From the NCBI GenBank assembly GCA_002269645.1, contig NIVC01002759.1, positions 78,663-142,662 of the forward strand: a stretch of 64,000 nucleotides of DNA, written 5' to 3'. The stretch is from Macrostomum lignano (lineage: Eukaryota). The first letter of the stretch is position 1. Each line of letters starts with the position of its first letter. This document shows positions 12,277 through 28,231 of this stretch, in pieces. The translations under genes were made by a program, and so were the position numbers. The notes under the pieces are model-generated. The model saw only the letters and a list, made by a program, of their open reading frames with translations, was not told the DNA's origin and did not search any database.

Positions 12277-12409
12277 TAACTGATTGATTCACTGGAATCC
12301 GGCTTGCTGTATGCAACTCATTTGAACTTTGGGGATGCACTTTTGTTTAGCTGGGGCTATCAACAGGTTTTTAGACATATATGGCAATTATTGAGCAAGC
12401 CTCTCAACA

Positions 12410-15400
12410 TCCGTCACATTGAATGACAACTGGCTGTCAAAATCCGCCCCCCCATTGAATGACAACTGGCAGTCAAAACCCGCCCCCATTGATTGACAAC
12501 TGGCTGTCAAAATCCGCCCCCCATTGATTGACAACTGGCTGTCAAAATCCGCCCCTCCATTGAATGACAACTGGCTGTCAAAATCCGCCCCCATTGATTG
12601 ACAACTGGCTGTCAAAATCCGCCCCCATTGATTGACAACTGGCTGTCAAAATTCGCCCCTCCATTGAATGACAACTGGCTGTCAAAATCCGCCCCTCCAT
12701 TGAATGACAACTGGCTGTCAAAATTCGCCCCTCCATTGAATGACAACTGGCTGTCAAAATCCGCCCCTCCATTGAATGACAACTGGCTGTCAAAATCCGC
12801 CCCTCCATTGAATGACAACTGGCTGTCAAAATCCGCCCCTCCATTGAATGACAACTGGCAGTCAAAATCCGCCCCCATTGATTGACAACTGGCAGTCAAA
12901 ATCCGCCCCCCATTGAATGACAACTGGCAGTCAAAATCCGCCCCCATTGAATGACAACTGGCTGTCAAAATCTGCAACCCCCATTGATTGACAACTGGCT
13001 GTCAAAATCTGCAACCCCCATTGATTGACAATTGGCTGTCAAAATCTGCAACCCCCATTGATTGACAACTGGCTGTCAAAATCTGCACCCATTGAATGAC
13101 AACTGGCTGTCAAAATCTGCACCCATTCAATGACAACTGGCTGTCAAAATCTGCACCCATTGAATGACAACTGGCTGTCAAAATCTGCTCCCATTCAATG
13201 ACAACTGGCTGTCAAAATCTGCACCCATTCAATGACAACTGGCTGTCAAAATCTGCACCCATTGAATGACAACTGGCTGTCAAAATCCGCCCCCCATTGA
13301 TTGACAACTGGCTGTCAAAATCCGCCCCCATTAATTGACAACTGGCTGTCAAAATCCGCCCCCATTGATTGACAACTGGCTGTCAAAATCCGCCCCCCAT
13401 TGATTGACAACTGGCAGTAAAAATCCACCCCCCTCATTGAATGACAACTGGCAGTCAAAATCCGCCCCCCTCATTGAATGACAACTGGCTGTCAAAATCT
13501 GCAACCCCCATTGATTGACAATTGGCTGTCAAAATCTGCAACCCCCATTGATTGACAACTGGCAGTCAAAATCCGCCCCCATTGAATGACAACTGGCTGT
13601 CAAATTCTGCAACCCCATTGATTGACAACTGGCTGTCAAAATCTGCAACCCCCATTGATTGACAATTGGCTGTCAAAATCTGCAACCCCCATTGATTGAC
13701 AACTGGCTGTCAAAATCTGCAACCCCCATTGATTGACAATTGGCTGTCAAAATCTGCAACCCCCATTGATTGACAACTGGCTGTCAAAATCTGCACCCAT
13801 TGAATGACAACTGGCTGTCAAAATCTGCACCCATTCAATGACAACTGGCTGTCAAAATCTGCACCCATTGAATGACAACTGGCTGTCAAAATCTGCTCCC
13901 ATTCAATGACAACTGGCTGTCAAAATCTGCACCCATTCAATGACAACTGGCTGTCAAAATCTGCACCCATTGAATGACAACTGGCTGTCAAAATCCGCCC
14001 CCCATTGATTGACAACTGGCTGTCAAAATCCGCCCCCATTAATTGACAACTGGCTGTCAAAATCCGCCCCCATTGATTGACAACTGGCTGTCAAAATCCG
14101 CCCCCCATTGATTGACAACTGGCAGTAAAAATCCACCCCCCTCATTGAATGACAACTGGCAGTCAAAATCCGCCCCCCTCATTGAATGACAACTGGCTGT
14201 CAAAATCTGCAACCCCCATTGATTGACAATTGGCTGTCAAAATCTGCAACCCCCATTGATTGACAACTGGCAGTCAAAATCCGCCCCCATTGAATGACAA
14301 CTGGCTGTCAAAATCTGCAACCCCCATTGATTGACAACTGGCTGTCAAAATCTGCAACCCCCATTGATTGACAATTGGCTGTCAAAATCTGCAACCCCCA
14401 TTGATTGACAACTGGCTGTCAAAATCTGCAACCCCCATTGATTGACAATTGGCTGTCAAAATCTGCAACCCCCATTGATTGACAACTGGCTGTCAAAATC
14501 TGCACCCATTGAATGACAACTGGCTGTCAAAATCTGCACCCATTCAATGACAACTGGCTGTCAAAATCTGCACCCATTGAATGACAACTGGCTGTCAAAA
14601 TCTGCTCCCATTCAATGACAACTGGCTGTCAAAATCTGCACCCATTCAATGACAACTGGCTGTCAAAATCTGCACCCATTGAATGACAACTGGCTGTCAA
14701 AATCCGCCCCCCATTGATTGACAACTGGCTGTCAAAATCCGCCCCCATTAATTGACAACTGGCTGTCAAAATCCGCCCCCATTGATTGACAACTGGCTGT
14801 CAAAATCCGCCCCCATTGATTGACAACTGGCAGTAAAAATCCACCCCCCTCATTGAATGACAACTGGCAGTCAAAATCCGCCCCCTCATTGAATGACAAC
14901 TGGCTGTCAAAATCTGCAACCCCCATTGATTGACAATTGGCTGTCAAAATCTGCAACCCCCATTGATTGACAACTGGCAGTCAAAATCCGCCCCCATTGA
15001 ATGACAACTGGCTGTCAAAATCTGCAACCCCCATTGATTGACAACTGGCTGTCAAAATCTGCAACCCCCATTGATTGACAATTGGCTGTCAAAATCTGCA
15101 ACCCCCATTGATTGACAACTGGCTGTCAAAATCTGCACCCATTGAATGACAACTGGCTGTCAAAATCTGCACCCATTGAATGACAACTGGCTGTCAAAAT
15201 CTGCACCCATTGAATGACAACTGGCTGTCAAAATCTGCACCCATTCAATGACAACTGGCTGTCAAAATCTGCTCCCATTCAATGACAACTGGCTGTCAAA
15301 ATCGGCACCCATTCAATGACAACTGGCTGTCAAAATCTGCACCCATTCAATGACAACTGGCTGTCAAAATCCGCCCCCCATTGATTGACAACTGGCTGTC

Positions 15401-15695
15401 AAAATCCGCCCCCATTAATTGACAACTGGCTGTCAAAATCCGCCCCCATTGATTGACAACTGGCTGTCAAAATCCACCCCCCTCATTGAATGACAACTGG
15501 CAGTCAAAATCCGCCCCCCTCATTGAATGACAACTGGCAGTCAAAATCCGCCCCCCTCATTGAATGACAACTTGCAGTCAAAATCCGCCCCCCTCATTGA
15601 ATGACAACTGGCAGTCAAAATCCGCCCCCCTCATTGAATGACAACTGGCAGTCAAAATCCGCCCCCATTGATTGACAACTGGCTGTCAAAATCCG
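12410..15695. repeat. 36-40-bp satellite (CCATTGAATGACAACTGGCTGTCAAAATCCGCCCC-like) with 708-bp higher-order repeat
   Basis: Tandem array. The rare variant GTAAAAATCCACCCC recurs at 13417, 14125 and 14833 (708-bp spacing). Confidence 0.97.
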
Positions 15696-16184
15696 CCTCT
15701 GCTTTGAAAACTGGCTCAAATGAACAAGATTTTAGTGTCGTATAAATTGAAAAACGTACAACAGTGTAAATTTGCCAGCAAGCAGTGTGTTTGGCTCCTG
15801 TACATTAATGCTTTGGGTAATTTGAAACAGGCCACTTTTTGGTTTAGCTCTTATCTAATATTGAAGATGAACTTATTTCGCCTGCTAGATTTATTTAGTT
15901 TGCAAGCCCTTAGTAACAGTTTAATAAAGAATTGCTAGGTTATTCATTATTTATTAGACTGTTTCTAGTAGTTTAATGAAATGCTGCATAGTAAATCTAA
16001 GTGTTTGAGTAAGTAGTATATACCGCGTTTTGCTTCAATTCAATATTCTGTGTTTCCTGCTAAACAAAATTTCTTGTGGTCTTGCGCTGTCAGAGGAAGT
16101 TGATAGTAAATATATAAATAACTTTGAAATTGCCTTGGCAAATGATGGCTATGCTGTTTTTAACGTTTTTTCCCATTTCGATTA

Positions 16185-16640
16185 GGGATAATCCCATTCT
16201 CCTATTGGGGATAAATCCAGTTTGCATTGAAATCCCATTCCCGTAGTAGGGATAAACCCATTTTGCACTAAAATGCCATTTCCCTAGTGGGGATAAATCC
16301 AGTTTGCATTGAAATCCCGATTCCCTATTAAGGATAAATCCAGTTTGCATTAAAATCCCATTCCTGTAGTAGGGATAAATCCATTTTGCCTAAAATCCCA
16401 TTTCCCTAGTGGGGATAAATCCAGTTTGCATTAAAATCCCATTCCCGTAGTAGGGATAAATCCATTTTGCACTGAAATCCCATTTCCCTAGTGGGGATAA
16501 ATCCAGTTTGCATTAAAATCCCAATTCCCTATAGGGGATAGATTCAGTTTGCATTAAAATCCCATTTGCACCAGTGGGAATAAATCCAGTTTGCATTGAA
16601 ATCCGTTTACGTAGTGAGTAGAAATCCAGTTTGCAGTAAA
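16185..16640. repeat. Degenerate ~42-bp tandem array (GGGATAAATCCAGTTTGCATTAAAATCCC...) upstream of DRG2
   Basis: About 10 units with alternating variants. Each has a GGGAT...ATCCC dyad. Confidence 0.85.
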
Positions 16641-16792
16641 GTCCCTATTGCTTTTCGTATGACGGACTCAATAAATCAATCATATGCATGCGCTGACTGC
16701 CTAGAGCCAATACAGCACTTTGCTACTTTAAGTAGACTGCTGAGTAACCGCAGCGTTAGTCTGAGCTTCGAAATTGATAAATCCAGTTGATC

Positions 16793-19406
<2,614 letters not shown>

Positions 19407-20191
19407 TCTAATTTCTGCTCTTAGAGGCAAGGGCAGGTGAGAGGCGCCGGTGTGTCCTGATTGCTTAACTACAGAGTCTACGCTTTACTTTATGTATCGT
19501 GCATTCAAATTTATTGGATTGACCTTGTTGATCGCGTTTAATGCTCTGCTGCTTTCAGAATTGCTGCTCCTAGAGGACTTGGGAAGGGACATAAAGAAAT
19601 CACATGACTTTTTGTGCTCTGTTTTGACGGTATTCTTTTCACCTTTCTCTTCCTAATTAGCGGTGTGTCTGAGGTTAGATCAGCAGGCTCAGGTGTTCAA
19701 CTGTTGGCTTCTGTCATTGCCTAGAAAAATCTCCTTCCAGAAGCCAAGCAGCCAGCCGTTGTGCACCAATTTGATTTTGAATCAAATTATTCAGCTTTAT
19801 CATCTTCGCTACCGAGACAGAGGGAAGCAAAATAAATTTGAATAAATAACCCGCTCCAATAGTGGCTGTTGGTGCGAATTATCTTTTTGAACGCATGTAT
19901 TGTTTTTTAATTTTATTTTAATTACAATTTTTTGTACTTTAGCTACTTTATAGTGCTCCACATTACTTATAGTAGCAGTGAAAACTAGCAACAAAAGAAT
20001 GAAAAACAAAGAATGCTATACATGTAAAAAGCATTATACTATTGTTAGTTTCTTAGAGATGAAGGTCTTTAAGGTAGATAAGCATTACCTCTGATAGCAA
20101 GAGTTCAAGCCTAATATATCAGCATCCCCTTGAGCCTTGGCATCTCAGCAATACAGACAAACTATCCGAGCTTTAAATATCTTCGCGTCAC

Positions 20192-21711
20192 TTAGAAGCC
20201 ATCAGGGTTGCTATCGTCAATCATGGTGTAGGAGCATTTGTGATTAGCGCTGGTAAATCGGGGCCAGACGGCCAGCATTTCGCGAGCTTCAACACTTGGC
20301 GTTGCTAAGAACAATCTGAAGTGACACGGCGACACTGGTACAGCTCTGGAGATTTTAATTTCCGCCGCGGGTTCGAGTTCAACTTCGGCCTTCTGTCTGA
20401 GAATCCCGGTCAGATAGATCTCTCGGTAGTACACTAGCGGAGTGCTATTGATGTGGCCGGACATTGCTTTGAGCGCCGAGTTCGATACGGCATAGCCAGG
20501 GTTGTCCAACGCGGACTCTGGTACATCTGGTCCGGGAACTGTCTCTTGCTGGTGTAACTTGGATCGTATGGATCACGGTGAACCCAGTCAGGTCGGAGCG
20601 ACTTTCCAGCTATTCGCAACGGCATTCTACTATTAGTAGTATTACTATCAGCTTCTGGTCCAAGGCCAAGACCGTGTAAAAATCCAACTAGCTTCTTGAT
20701 GTTCCAGAAGGCTTTGTCATTGGTTCTAATCGTATAGCCAGTTAGGGTCCGCTTTTTGGATGCCAGGTGGAACAGCACCTTGGCCGAGCTGATCATGTCT
20801 AGTTCGCGCGGTGACCAGTCTGTCAGGGTGTTGTCGCTTGCAGACAGAATCAGAATGTCCTGTGGGCGTGAGCGACAAGCTTTTTGAGGCTGGCATTATT
20901 TATAATTTAGCTTCATCTTCCTAGATCTCACCTGTAGGCTTGGCTACTCCGATCCCAACTTCAAACTCACTTGCGTCATCTTGGTCTCCTCCATCAGCAG
21001 CTGCTGTGCCGCGGTGTCCCGCACTAGCGCATAAAATATGGCGCATCCGCCGCGCCATTCTCGCGGCAAGTCGTCCGAATTTAGATTGGACAGCCAAGTG
21101 TCTCTCGCCGCCTGGCGCTGTTGTCTGGCAGTCTCGGCTAAGCCAGCTGTTGAGGTGTTTATTGCCGAGTCTTCTGGCACGTCTCCGAAAACGCTGGAGC
21201 CGATGACGAATAGCAGACGACTCGACGTGCACGTAGCTTTGAGATTTGGCGAGTGCACAATGCTAACGTTGATGTTTGGCAGGTAGTCGATACCGCCTCG
21301 TCTTCTGCGTAGTTGCTGTCTTGAAATCGGCTTCTTTGTTGTTGGTTTCTCTGTCGTTATTTGCGGCGTAGTCAAAGGCGTCATATTTAGCCTTTTGATC
21401 TTTTGATTGTAAAGTTTTACTTTAGCTTTATTCTTGGTTCTTCTGTTAGTGCTGGCAACTGCTGGGCGGTCCCGTTTCGCTGGAAAAAGGTTATCAAACT
21501 TTGGTATCGGCAGCGGCTCCTCGTGTGGCTCGTTGCCTGATGATATGCCAGGCAGCTCCAAGTGCAGACTCATTCCTCGGTAGTAGTGCAGATAGTACAT
21601 TACAGCCAAAACTCCGAGGATTCCAACTAGATTTGCTTTGCGATTTCTCAATATTCGGCTTATGCTTGGACACATTCTGTCGAGTCTATATCCGAAAACT
21701 TTTAGGCGCAT
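20192..21711 (-). CDS. GT31 family beta-1,3-glycosyltransferase-like type II membrane protein (apparent 1-nt frameshift near 20520)
   Basis: Exon 21711-20971 and exon 20859-20192. It has the signal anchor LVGILGVLAVMYYL and GT31 motifs RQAARDTW, DILILSASD, RDPYDPSYTSKRQFPDQMY, NPGYAVS and IYLTGIL. Exon 2 is 668 nt, one short of frame; adding one C gives MYPESALDNPGY. Confidence 0.8.
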
Positions 21712-22142
21712 ACCGTCAGTATAAAGGACAAATTTTTACCGGGGAGTTTACTGTTTTTCCCTATCCCGACTCTAAGCGTCTTTCTTCCCTCTTTTCCTCT
21801 CCTTTTTAAACACCTGTTCCTGTTAGAAGGTGTACGTACCAGGTTGAATAAAGCTCTCCTTGGAGAAGGGTGTCAGTGTACTCTCTCGGAGACGGACTAC
21901 TGTTAGAGACTGATGCTGAGGCAGCTCCACACTGAAATTCCGTCCCTCCGGACTGCCTACTGGTATCTATTGAATATTAGATGATGCAGTGCCGTGTGGT
22001 CTGCCCCCCATTGGCCGATCTGAAGGGCAGTAGCTTTTGCTAGTAACCTGGGGAACTTTTTACTGCTTTAGTAGCAATTGTTTTCTTGTCGCTGTAACTG
22101 GTCTAATTGGTTTGCCATTGCAGCTGACTGTGGATTGCTCAA

Positions 22143-25100
22143 ATGTCTAAACTATTGCAACACATGGTTCTCAAAAGCTTGGCAGCTCTGTTGCTATGCT
22201 ACTTGATGCCAGTTGAAGCTGCTCAGCTGATGAAGCAGACAGGTGCACAGATTCGACAGAGCAGCAATGCCAATAAGTCGGTGTTTGTAGTTGCCGACTG
22301 GGGCGGAATCGGCAGCAGTCCATTCGTGACGCCCTGGGAGGTGACGACGGCGGCCGCTATGGACAGTTTGTCCGGCCGCCTGCCAGACGGCTCAGTAGAG
22401 GCGGTGTTCGCCCTTGGGGACAATTTCTATTCTTTTGGCGTTAAGAATGTTGAAGATGATCGCTTTCGAACTACGTTTGAGGCCGTGTTTAATGGGTCTC
22501 GGCTCCGGCCGACCCCGTGGTATCTGGTGGCCGGCAATCACGACTGGCTGGGCAATGCCAGCGCTCAGATACTGTACTCCAAGCGCTCGTCCAGGTGGTA
22601 GGTTGGCCCATAAACTACGCAAACGCACGATTTGTGCACAAATTGCAGTACGACACCAATGCATTTTCCCACATCCAATGGCAAGCCAATGCACATTTCC
22701 CACACCTAGTCCCACACCTATGGACATTTCCCACACCTATGCACATTTCCCACACCTAGTCCCACACCTATGGACATTTCCCACACCTAGTCCCACACCT
22801 ATGGACATTTCCCACACCTATGCACATTTCCCACACCTAATCCCACACTTATGCACATTTCCCACACCCCAAACCCACACCGATGCATAATTTCCCTCAC
22901 CTATGCATATGTACATTTCCCATACCTAGTCCCACACCTATGCATATGTACCGTACATTTCTCATACCTAGTCCCACACCTATGCATATTTCCCACACCT
23001 AAACCCACATCTATGCACATTTCCCACACCCACACCGATGCATATGTATATTTCCCATACCTAGTCCCACACTAATGCACATTTCTCACTCCTAGTCCCA
23101 CATCTATGCACATTCCCACACCCAGTCACACCGATGCACATTTCCCACACCCAGTCACACCGATGCACATTTCCCACACCCAGTCACACCGATGCACATT
23201 TCCCACACCCAGTCACACCGATGCACATTTCCCACACCCAGTCACACCGATGCACATTTCCCACACTGAATCCCGCACCAACTCGCAGTTCCCACACCCA
23301 AGCCTTCACATTCCTACACAAATGTTTTCACACAAATATTCACCCTCTCGCCCGCCCCGCCGTCCCCAGGAATTTCCCAGACTACTTCCACACGAAGGTG
23401 ATTCAACTCGATGGTATCGGGTGCGCTGCTTTCATCCTGGTGGACACGGTGCTGCTGTCCGAGTCTGCCGAGGCGCTGCATCCCGACGATCTCTACAGAC
23501 CTCCGACGCTAAAAAGCGCGAAGTCCGCGCGTAGGCGCCCAAAACTTACCGATGTTAGCATTGACAAGTACTTTAGCTGGCTGGAGAAACAGTTGCAGCT
23601 GTACTACTCGTGAGTAGTTTAGTTCTGTTTGGTTTTTTTGTTTCACATGTATGTCGATTATTGGTATGTATAGAGTCTGAAATAGTTTTGTAAGATCCGT
23701 AAGGATTTTGTAGCATCTAGGAAGATTTTGTAAAATTTGGAAAGATTTTTTAAGATTTGGTAAGATTTTTTAAGATTTGGTAAGATTTCGTAGGCTTTGG
23801 GAAGATTTTGTAGGCTTTGGGAAGATTTCGTAGGCTTTAGGAAGATTTTGTAGGATTTGGTAAGATTTTGTAGGATTTGGTAAGATTTTGTAGGATTTGG
23901 TAAGATTTCGTAGGCTTTGGGAAGATTTTGTAGGCTTTGGGAAGATTTTGTAGGCTTTGGGAAGATTTTTTAGGAGTTGGTAAGATTTCGTAGGCTTTGG
24001 GAAGATTTTGTAGGCTTTGGGAAGATTTCGTAGGCTTTGGGAAGATTTTGTAGGCTTTGGGAAGATTTTGTAGGCTTTGGGAAGATTTCGTAGGCTTTGG
24101 GAAGATTTTGTAGGATTTGGTAAGATTTCGTAGGCTTTGGGAAGATTTTGTAGGCTTTGGGAAGATTTTGTAGGCTTTGGGAAGATTTCGTAGGATTTGG
24201 GAAGATTTTGTAGCATCTAGGAAGATTTTGTAGCATCTAGGAAGATTTTGTAGCATCTAGGAAGATTTTGTAGGATCCGGAAAGATTTTTTAGATTTGGA
24301 ATTGTATTATCTAGGATGATTTCGTGGGGTCTGGAGTAAGTTTGAGAAGCTATCTGGGGCTATGTGGGATCTGAGATGGTTATGTGGGATCTGAGATGGT
24401 TATGTGGGATCTGAAATGGTTATGTGGGATCTGAGATGGTTGTGTGGGATCTGAGATGGTTGTGTGGGATCTGAGATGGTTATGTGGAATCTGAGATGGT
24501 TATGTGGAATCTGAGATGGTTGTGTGGGATCTGAGATGGTTATGTGGAATCTGAGATGGTTATGTGGAATCTGAGATGGTTATGTGGGATCTGAGATGGT
24601 TATGTGGAATCTGAGATGGTTATGTGGGATCTGAGATGGTTATGTGGGATCTGAGATGGTTATGTGGGATCTGAGATGGTTATGTGGAGTTACAACCGCA
24701 GCATTCCATAAGCAGGTGTCCCTACCTGTTCGTGGCCGGTCACCACCCTGTGTGGAGCATTGGGCAGCACGGACCCACTTCCGACCTGGTCAGGCGCCTG
24801 GACCCCCTGCTGCTCAAGTACAAAGTGAGCGCCTACCTGTGTGGCCACGAGCACAACATGCAGCACATTGTGCTCAATGGCACCGATTATTTTGTAGCTG
24901 GGGCCGCTGCTCACGTGACCACCTCCACGGCTCACATGGGCCTGTTCCCTCCCGGCTCGGTTCGCTATTATTGGAACAAACAGGCCGATTTAGATGGAGC
25001 ATTTATGACGCTGGGCTTTGGGAGCGACTACGCCAATGCTACCTTTGTTGAGGCCGGTAGTGAAGCCCGGCTGCTGTATTCGGCGCGGCTGCCTCGGCGT

Positions 25101-25145
25101 CGGGTGCACCAGCAGTTCTCTGGATTAGACGATGGTGTGCTGTGA
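22143..25145 (+). CDS. ACP5: Tartrate-resistant (purple) acid phosphatase type 5-like, secreted/lysosomal
   Basis: Exons 22143-22597, 23370-23609, 24716-25145 give 374 aa. It has a signal peptide and all metal-ligand motifs: VVADWG, GDNFY, GNHD, VAGHHP, GHEH. Confidence 0.93.
22690..23270. repeat. Degenerate CACATTTCCCACACC-based minisatellite, ACP5 intron 1
   Basis: Variable-length units sharing the core GCACATTTCCCACACC. Confidence 0.9.
23690..24290. repeat. 20-bp minisatellite (TAGGCTTTGGGAAGATTTTG)n, ACP5 intron 2
   Basis: Directly visible. Confidence 0.93.
24360..24690. repeat. 20-bp minisatellite (TATGTGGGATCTGAGATGGT)n, ACP5 intron 2
   Basis: Directly visible. It ends about 25 nt before the acceptor. 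Confidence 0.95.
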
Positions 25146-25229
25146 TTGCTGACTTGTTGTTTTGATACTCTTTTTACTTGGTTGCCATGGTAAACTCCTG
25201 ATTGCTGTGCTAAACACCTCTCTCTGATT

Positions 25230-26020
25230 GATATGGTAAAATCTTCTGGTTGCTATGGTAAAATCTTCTGGTTGCTATGGTAAAATCTTCTGGTTGCTAT
25301 GGTAGAACCTGGTTGCTATGGTAGAATCCTGGTTGCTATGGTAGAATCTTCTGGTTGCTATGGTAGAATCTTCTGGTTGCTATACTAGAATCTTCTGGTT
25401 GCTATGGTAAAATCTTCTGGTTGCTATGGTAAAATCTTCTGGTTGCTATGGTAGGATCTTCTGGTTGCTATGGTAAAATCTTCTGGTTGCTATGGTAAAA
25501 TCTTCTGGTTGCTATGGTAAAATCTTCTGGTTGCTATGGTAAAATCTTCTGGTTGCTATGGTAAAATCTTCTGGTTGCTATGGTAAAATCTTCTGGTTGC
25601 TATGGTAGAACCTGGTTGCTATGGTAGAATCCTGGTTGCTATGGTAGAATCTTCTGGTTGCTATGGTAGAATCTTCTGGTTGCTATACTAGAATCTTCTG
25701 GTTGCTATGCTAAAATCTTCTGGTTGCTATGGTAAAATCTTCTAGTTGCTATGGTATTGATAGAATCTTCTGGTTGCTATAGTAGAATCTTCTGGTTGCT
25801 ATGCTAAAATCTTCTGGTTGCTATGGTAAAATCTTCTAGTTGCTATGGTAGAATCTTCTGGTTGCTATAGTAGAATCTTCTGGTTGCTATAGTAGAATCT
25901 TCTGGTTGCTATGGTAGAACCTGGTTGCTATGGTAGAATCTTCTGGTTGCTATGGTAGAACATTCTGGTTGCTATGGTAGAATCTTCTGGTTGCTATGAT
26001 AAAAACCTCCAGTTGCTATG
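25230..26020. repeat. 22-bp minisatellite (ATCTTCTGGTTGCTATGGTAAA)n
   Basis: 22-bp period directly visible downstream of ACP5. Confidence 0.95.
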
Positions 26021-26554
26021 CAAAAGTAGTTGCTAATGCTGTGCATAGTTGGGTTGCTTGGCGATAAATTTGGTGGTAAATTTCAGTTTATTTTGCTCAG
26101 TAAAATGTTCACAATCTGCCCCAACCTGTAACTGTTTACCTACCTGTATTGTTCTCAGGTCACAGAGTTTTATTATGTTGTTTAATTGATTGTTCTTGTT
26201 CATTCGGTTTAATTAGGTCTGAACTGAGTTAACCTATTTCTAAGCTCGTGATTACGTTGCATTATTTTATTGTACTCTAAGTATTGCACGTGCAAATAAG
26301 TAAACCGCGCTTTCACCCAGCAGTTCTTTTACGATTTAAAAGTTCTGCCACTTTTAAAATGATTTTTTAAGCAATGGACCAATAAGAATATTACTTAAAT
26401 CTTAAATGTGTACCTGTGTAACGTGTTTATTACGTTTTTTTCAGCGATATGCGATGTTCGTTTATTTTAATTGATCTTAAACTGCTCTTAAGAGTTCTGC
26501 CTGCTTCTTTAAAGTTTATCGTGAATTGTTATTTCACTTTGCGACACGAGTACT

Positions 26555-28130
26555 CAGTGATCCCCAATGCCCCTGATCCCTCAGTGATCGGCAATGGCCC
26601 TGATCCCTCAGTGATCCCTAACACCCTGATCCCTCAGTGATCCCTAACACCCTGATCCCTCAGTGATCCCATATGCCCCTGATCCCTCAGTGATCCCTAA
26701 CACCCTGATTCCTCAGTGATCCCCAATGCCCCTGATTCCTCAGTGATCCCTAACATCCTGATCCCTCAGTGATCCCTAACACCCTGATCCCTCAGTGATC
26801 CCATATGCCCCTGATCCCTCAGTGATCCCTCAGTGATCCCTAACACCCTGATCCCTCAGTGATCCCTAACACCCTGATCCCTCAGTGATCCCATATGCCC
26901 CTGATCCCTCAGTGATCCCATATGCCCCTGATCCCTCAGTGATCCCTCAGTGATCCCATATGCCCCTGATCCCTCAGTGATCCCTAACACCCTGATCCCT
27001 CAGTGATCCCATATGCCCCTGATCCCTCAGTGATCCCTAACACCCTGATTCCTCAGTGATCCCCAATGCCCCTGATTCCTCAGTGATCCCTAACATCCTG
27101 ATCCCTCAGTGATCCCTAACACCCTGATCCCTCAGTGATCCCATATGCCCCTGATCCCTCAGTGATCCCTCAGTGATCCCTAACACCCTGATCCCTCAGT
27201 GATCCCTAACACCCTGATCCCTCAGTGATCCCATATGCCCCTGATCCCTCAGTGATCCCATATGCCCCTGATCCCTCAGTGATCCCTCAGTGATCCCATA
27301 TGCCCCTGATCCCTCAGTGATCCCTAACACCCTGATCCCTCAGTGATCCCTAACACCCTGATCCCTCAGTGATCCCTAACACCCTGATCCCTCAGTGATT
27401 CCTAACACCCTGATCCCTCAGTGATCCCATATGCCCCTGATCCCTCAGTGATCCCCAATGCCTCTGATCCCTCAGCAATCCCCAATGCCCCTGATCCCTC
27501 AGCAATCCCCAATGCCTCTGATCCCTCAGCAATCCCTAATGCCCCTGGTCCCTCAGCAATCCCCAATGCCTCTAATCCCTCAGCAATCCCCAATGCCCCT
27601 GATCCCTCAGTGATATCCAATGCCCCTGATCCCTCAGTGATCCCCAATGCCTCTGATCCCTCAGCAATCCCCAATGCCTCTGATCCCTCAGTGATCCCCA
27701 ATGCCCCTGATCCCTCAGTGATCCCCAATGCCCCTGATTCCTCAGTGATCCCCAATGCCCCTGATCCATCAGTGATCCCCAGTGCCCCTGATCCATCAGT
27801 GATCCCCAATGCCCCTGATTCCTCAGTGATCCCCAGTGCCCCTGATTCCTCAGTGATCCCTAACACCCTGATCTCTCAGTGATCCCTAACACCCTGATCC
27901 ATCAGTGATCCCCAATGCCCCTGATCTCTCAGTGATCCCTAACACCCTGATCCCTCAGTGATCCCCAATGCCCCTGATTCCTCAGTGATCCCCAATGGCC
28001 CGGATCCCTCAGTGATCCCAACACCCTTGATCCCTCAGTGATCCGCAATGCTTCTGATCCCTCGGTGATCCCCAATGGCCCTGATCCCTCAGTGATCCCC
28101 AATGGCCCTGATCCATCAGTGATCCCCAAA
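26555..28130. repeat. 26/27-bp minisatellite (GATCCCTCAGTGATCCCCAATGCCCCT)n
   Basis: Directly visible and the source of the PDPSVIPNA ORFs. Confidence 0.96.
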
Positions 28131-28231
28131 AGCAAAATCCATACTTAGATCCCAAAACACCTGCTCCCACACAAATCCAAACACCCAAGCCAACCTTTAT
28201 CATCTCCATTTCATTACCCCTCAATCCCTTC

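Noticed and set aside
12410-15695. Array of bacterial sigma70 -35 boxes (TTGACA)
   Set aside because: There are no matching -10 elements at 17 bp, the locus is eukaryotic, and the hexamer is half of a dyad in a satellite unit.
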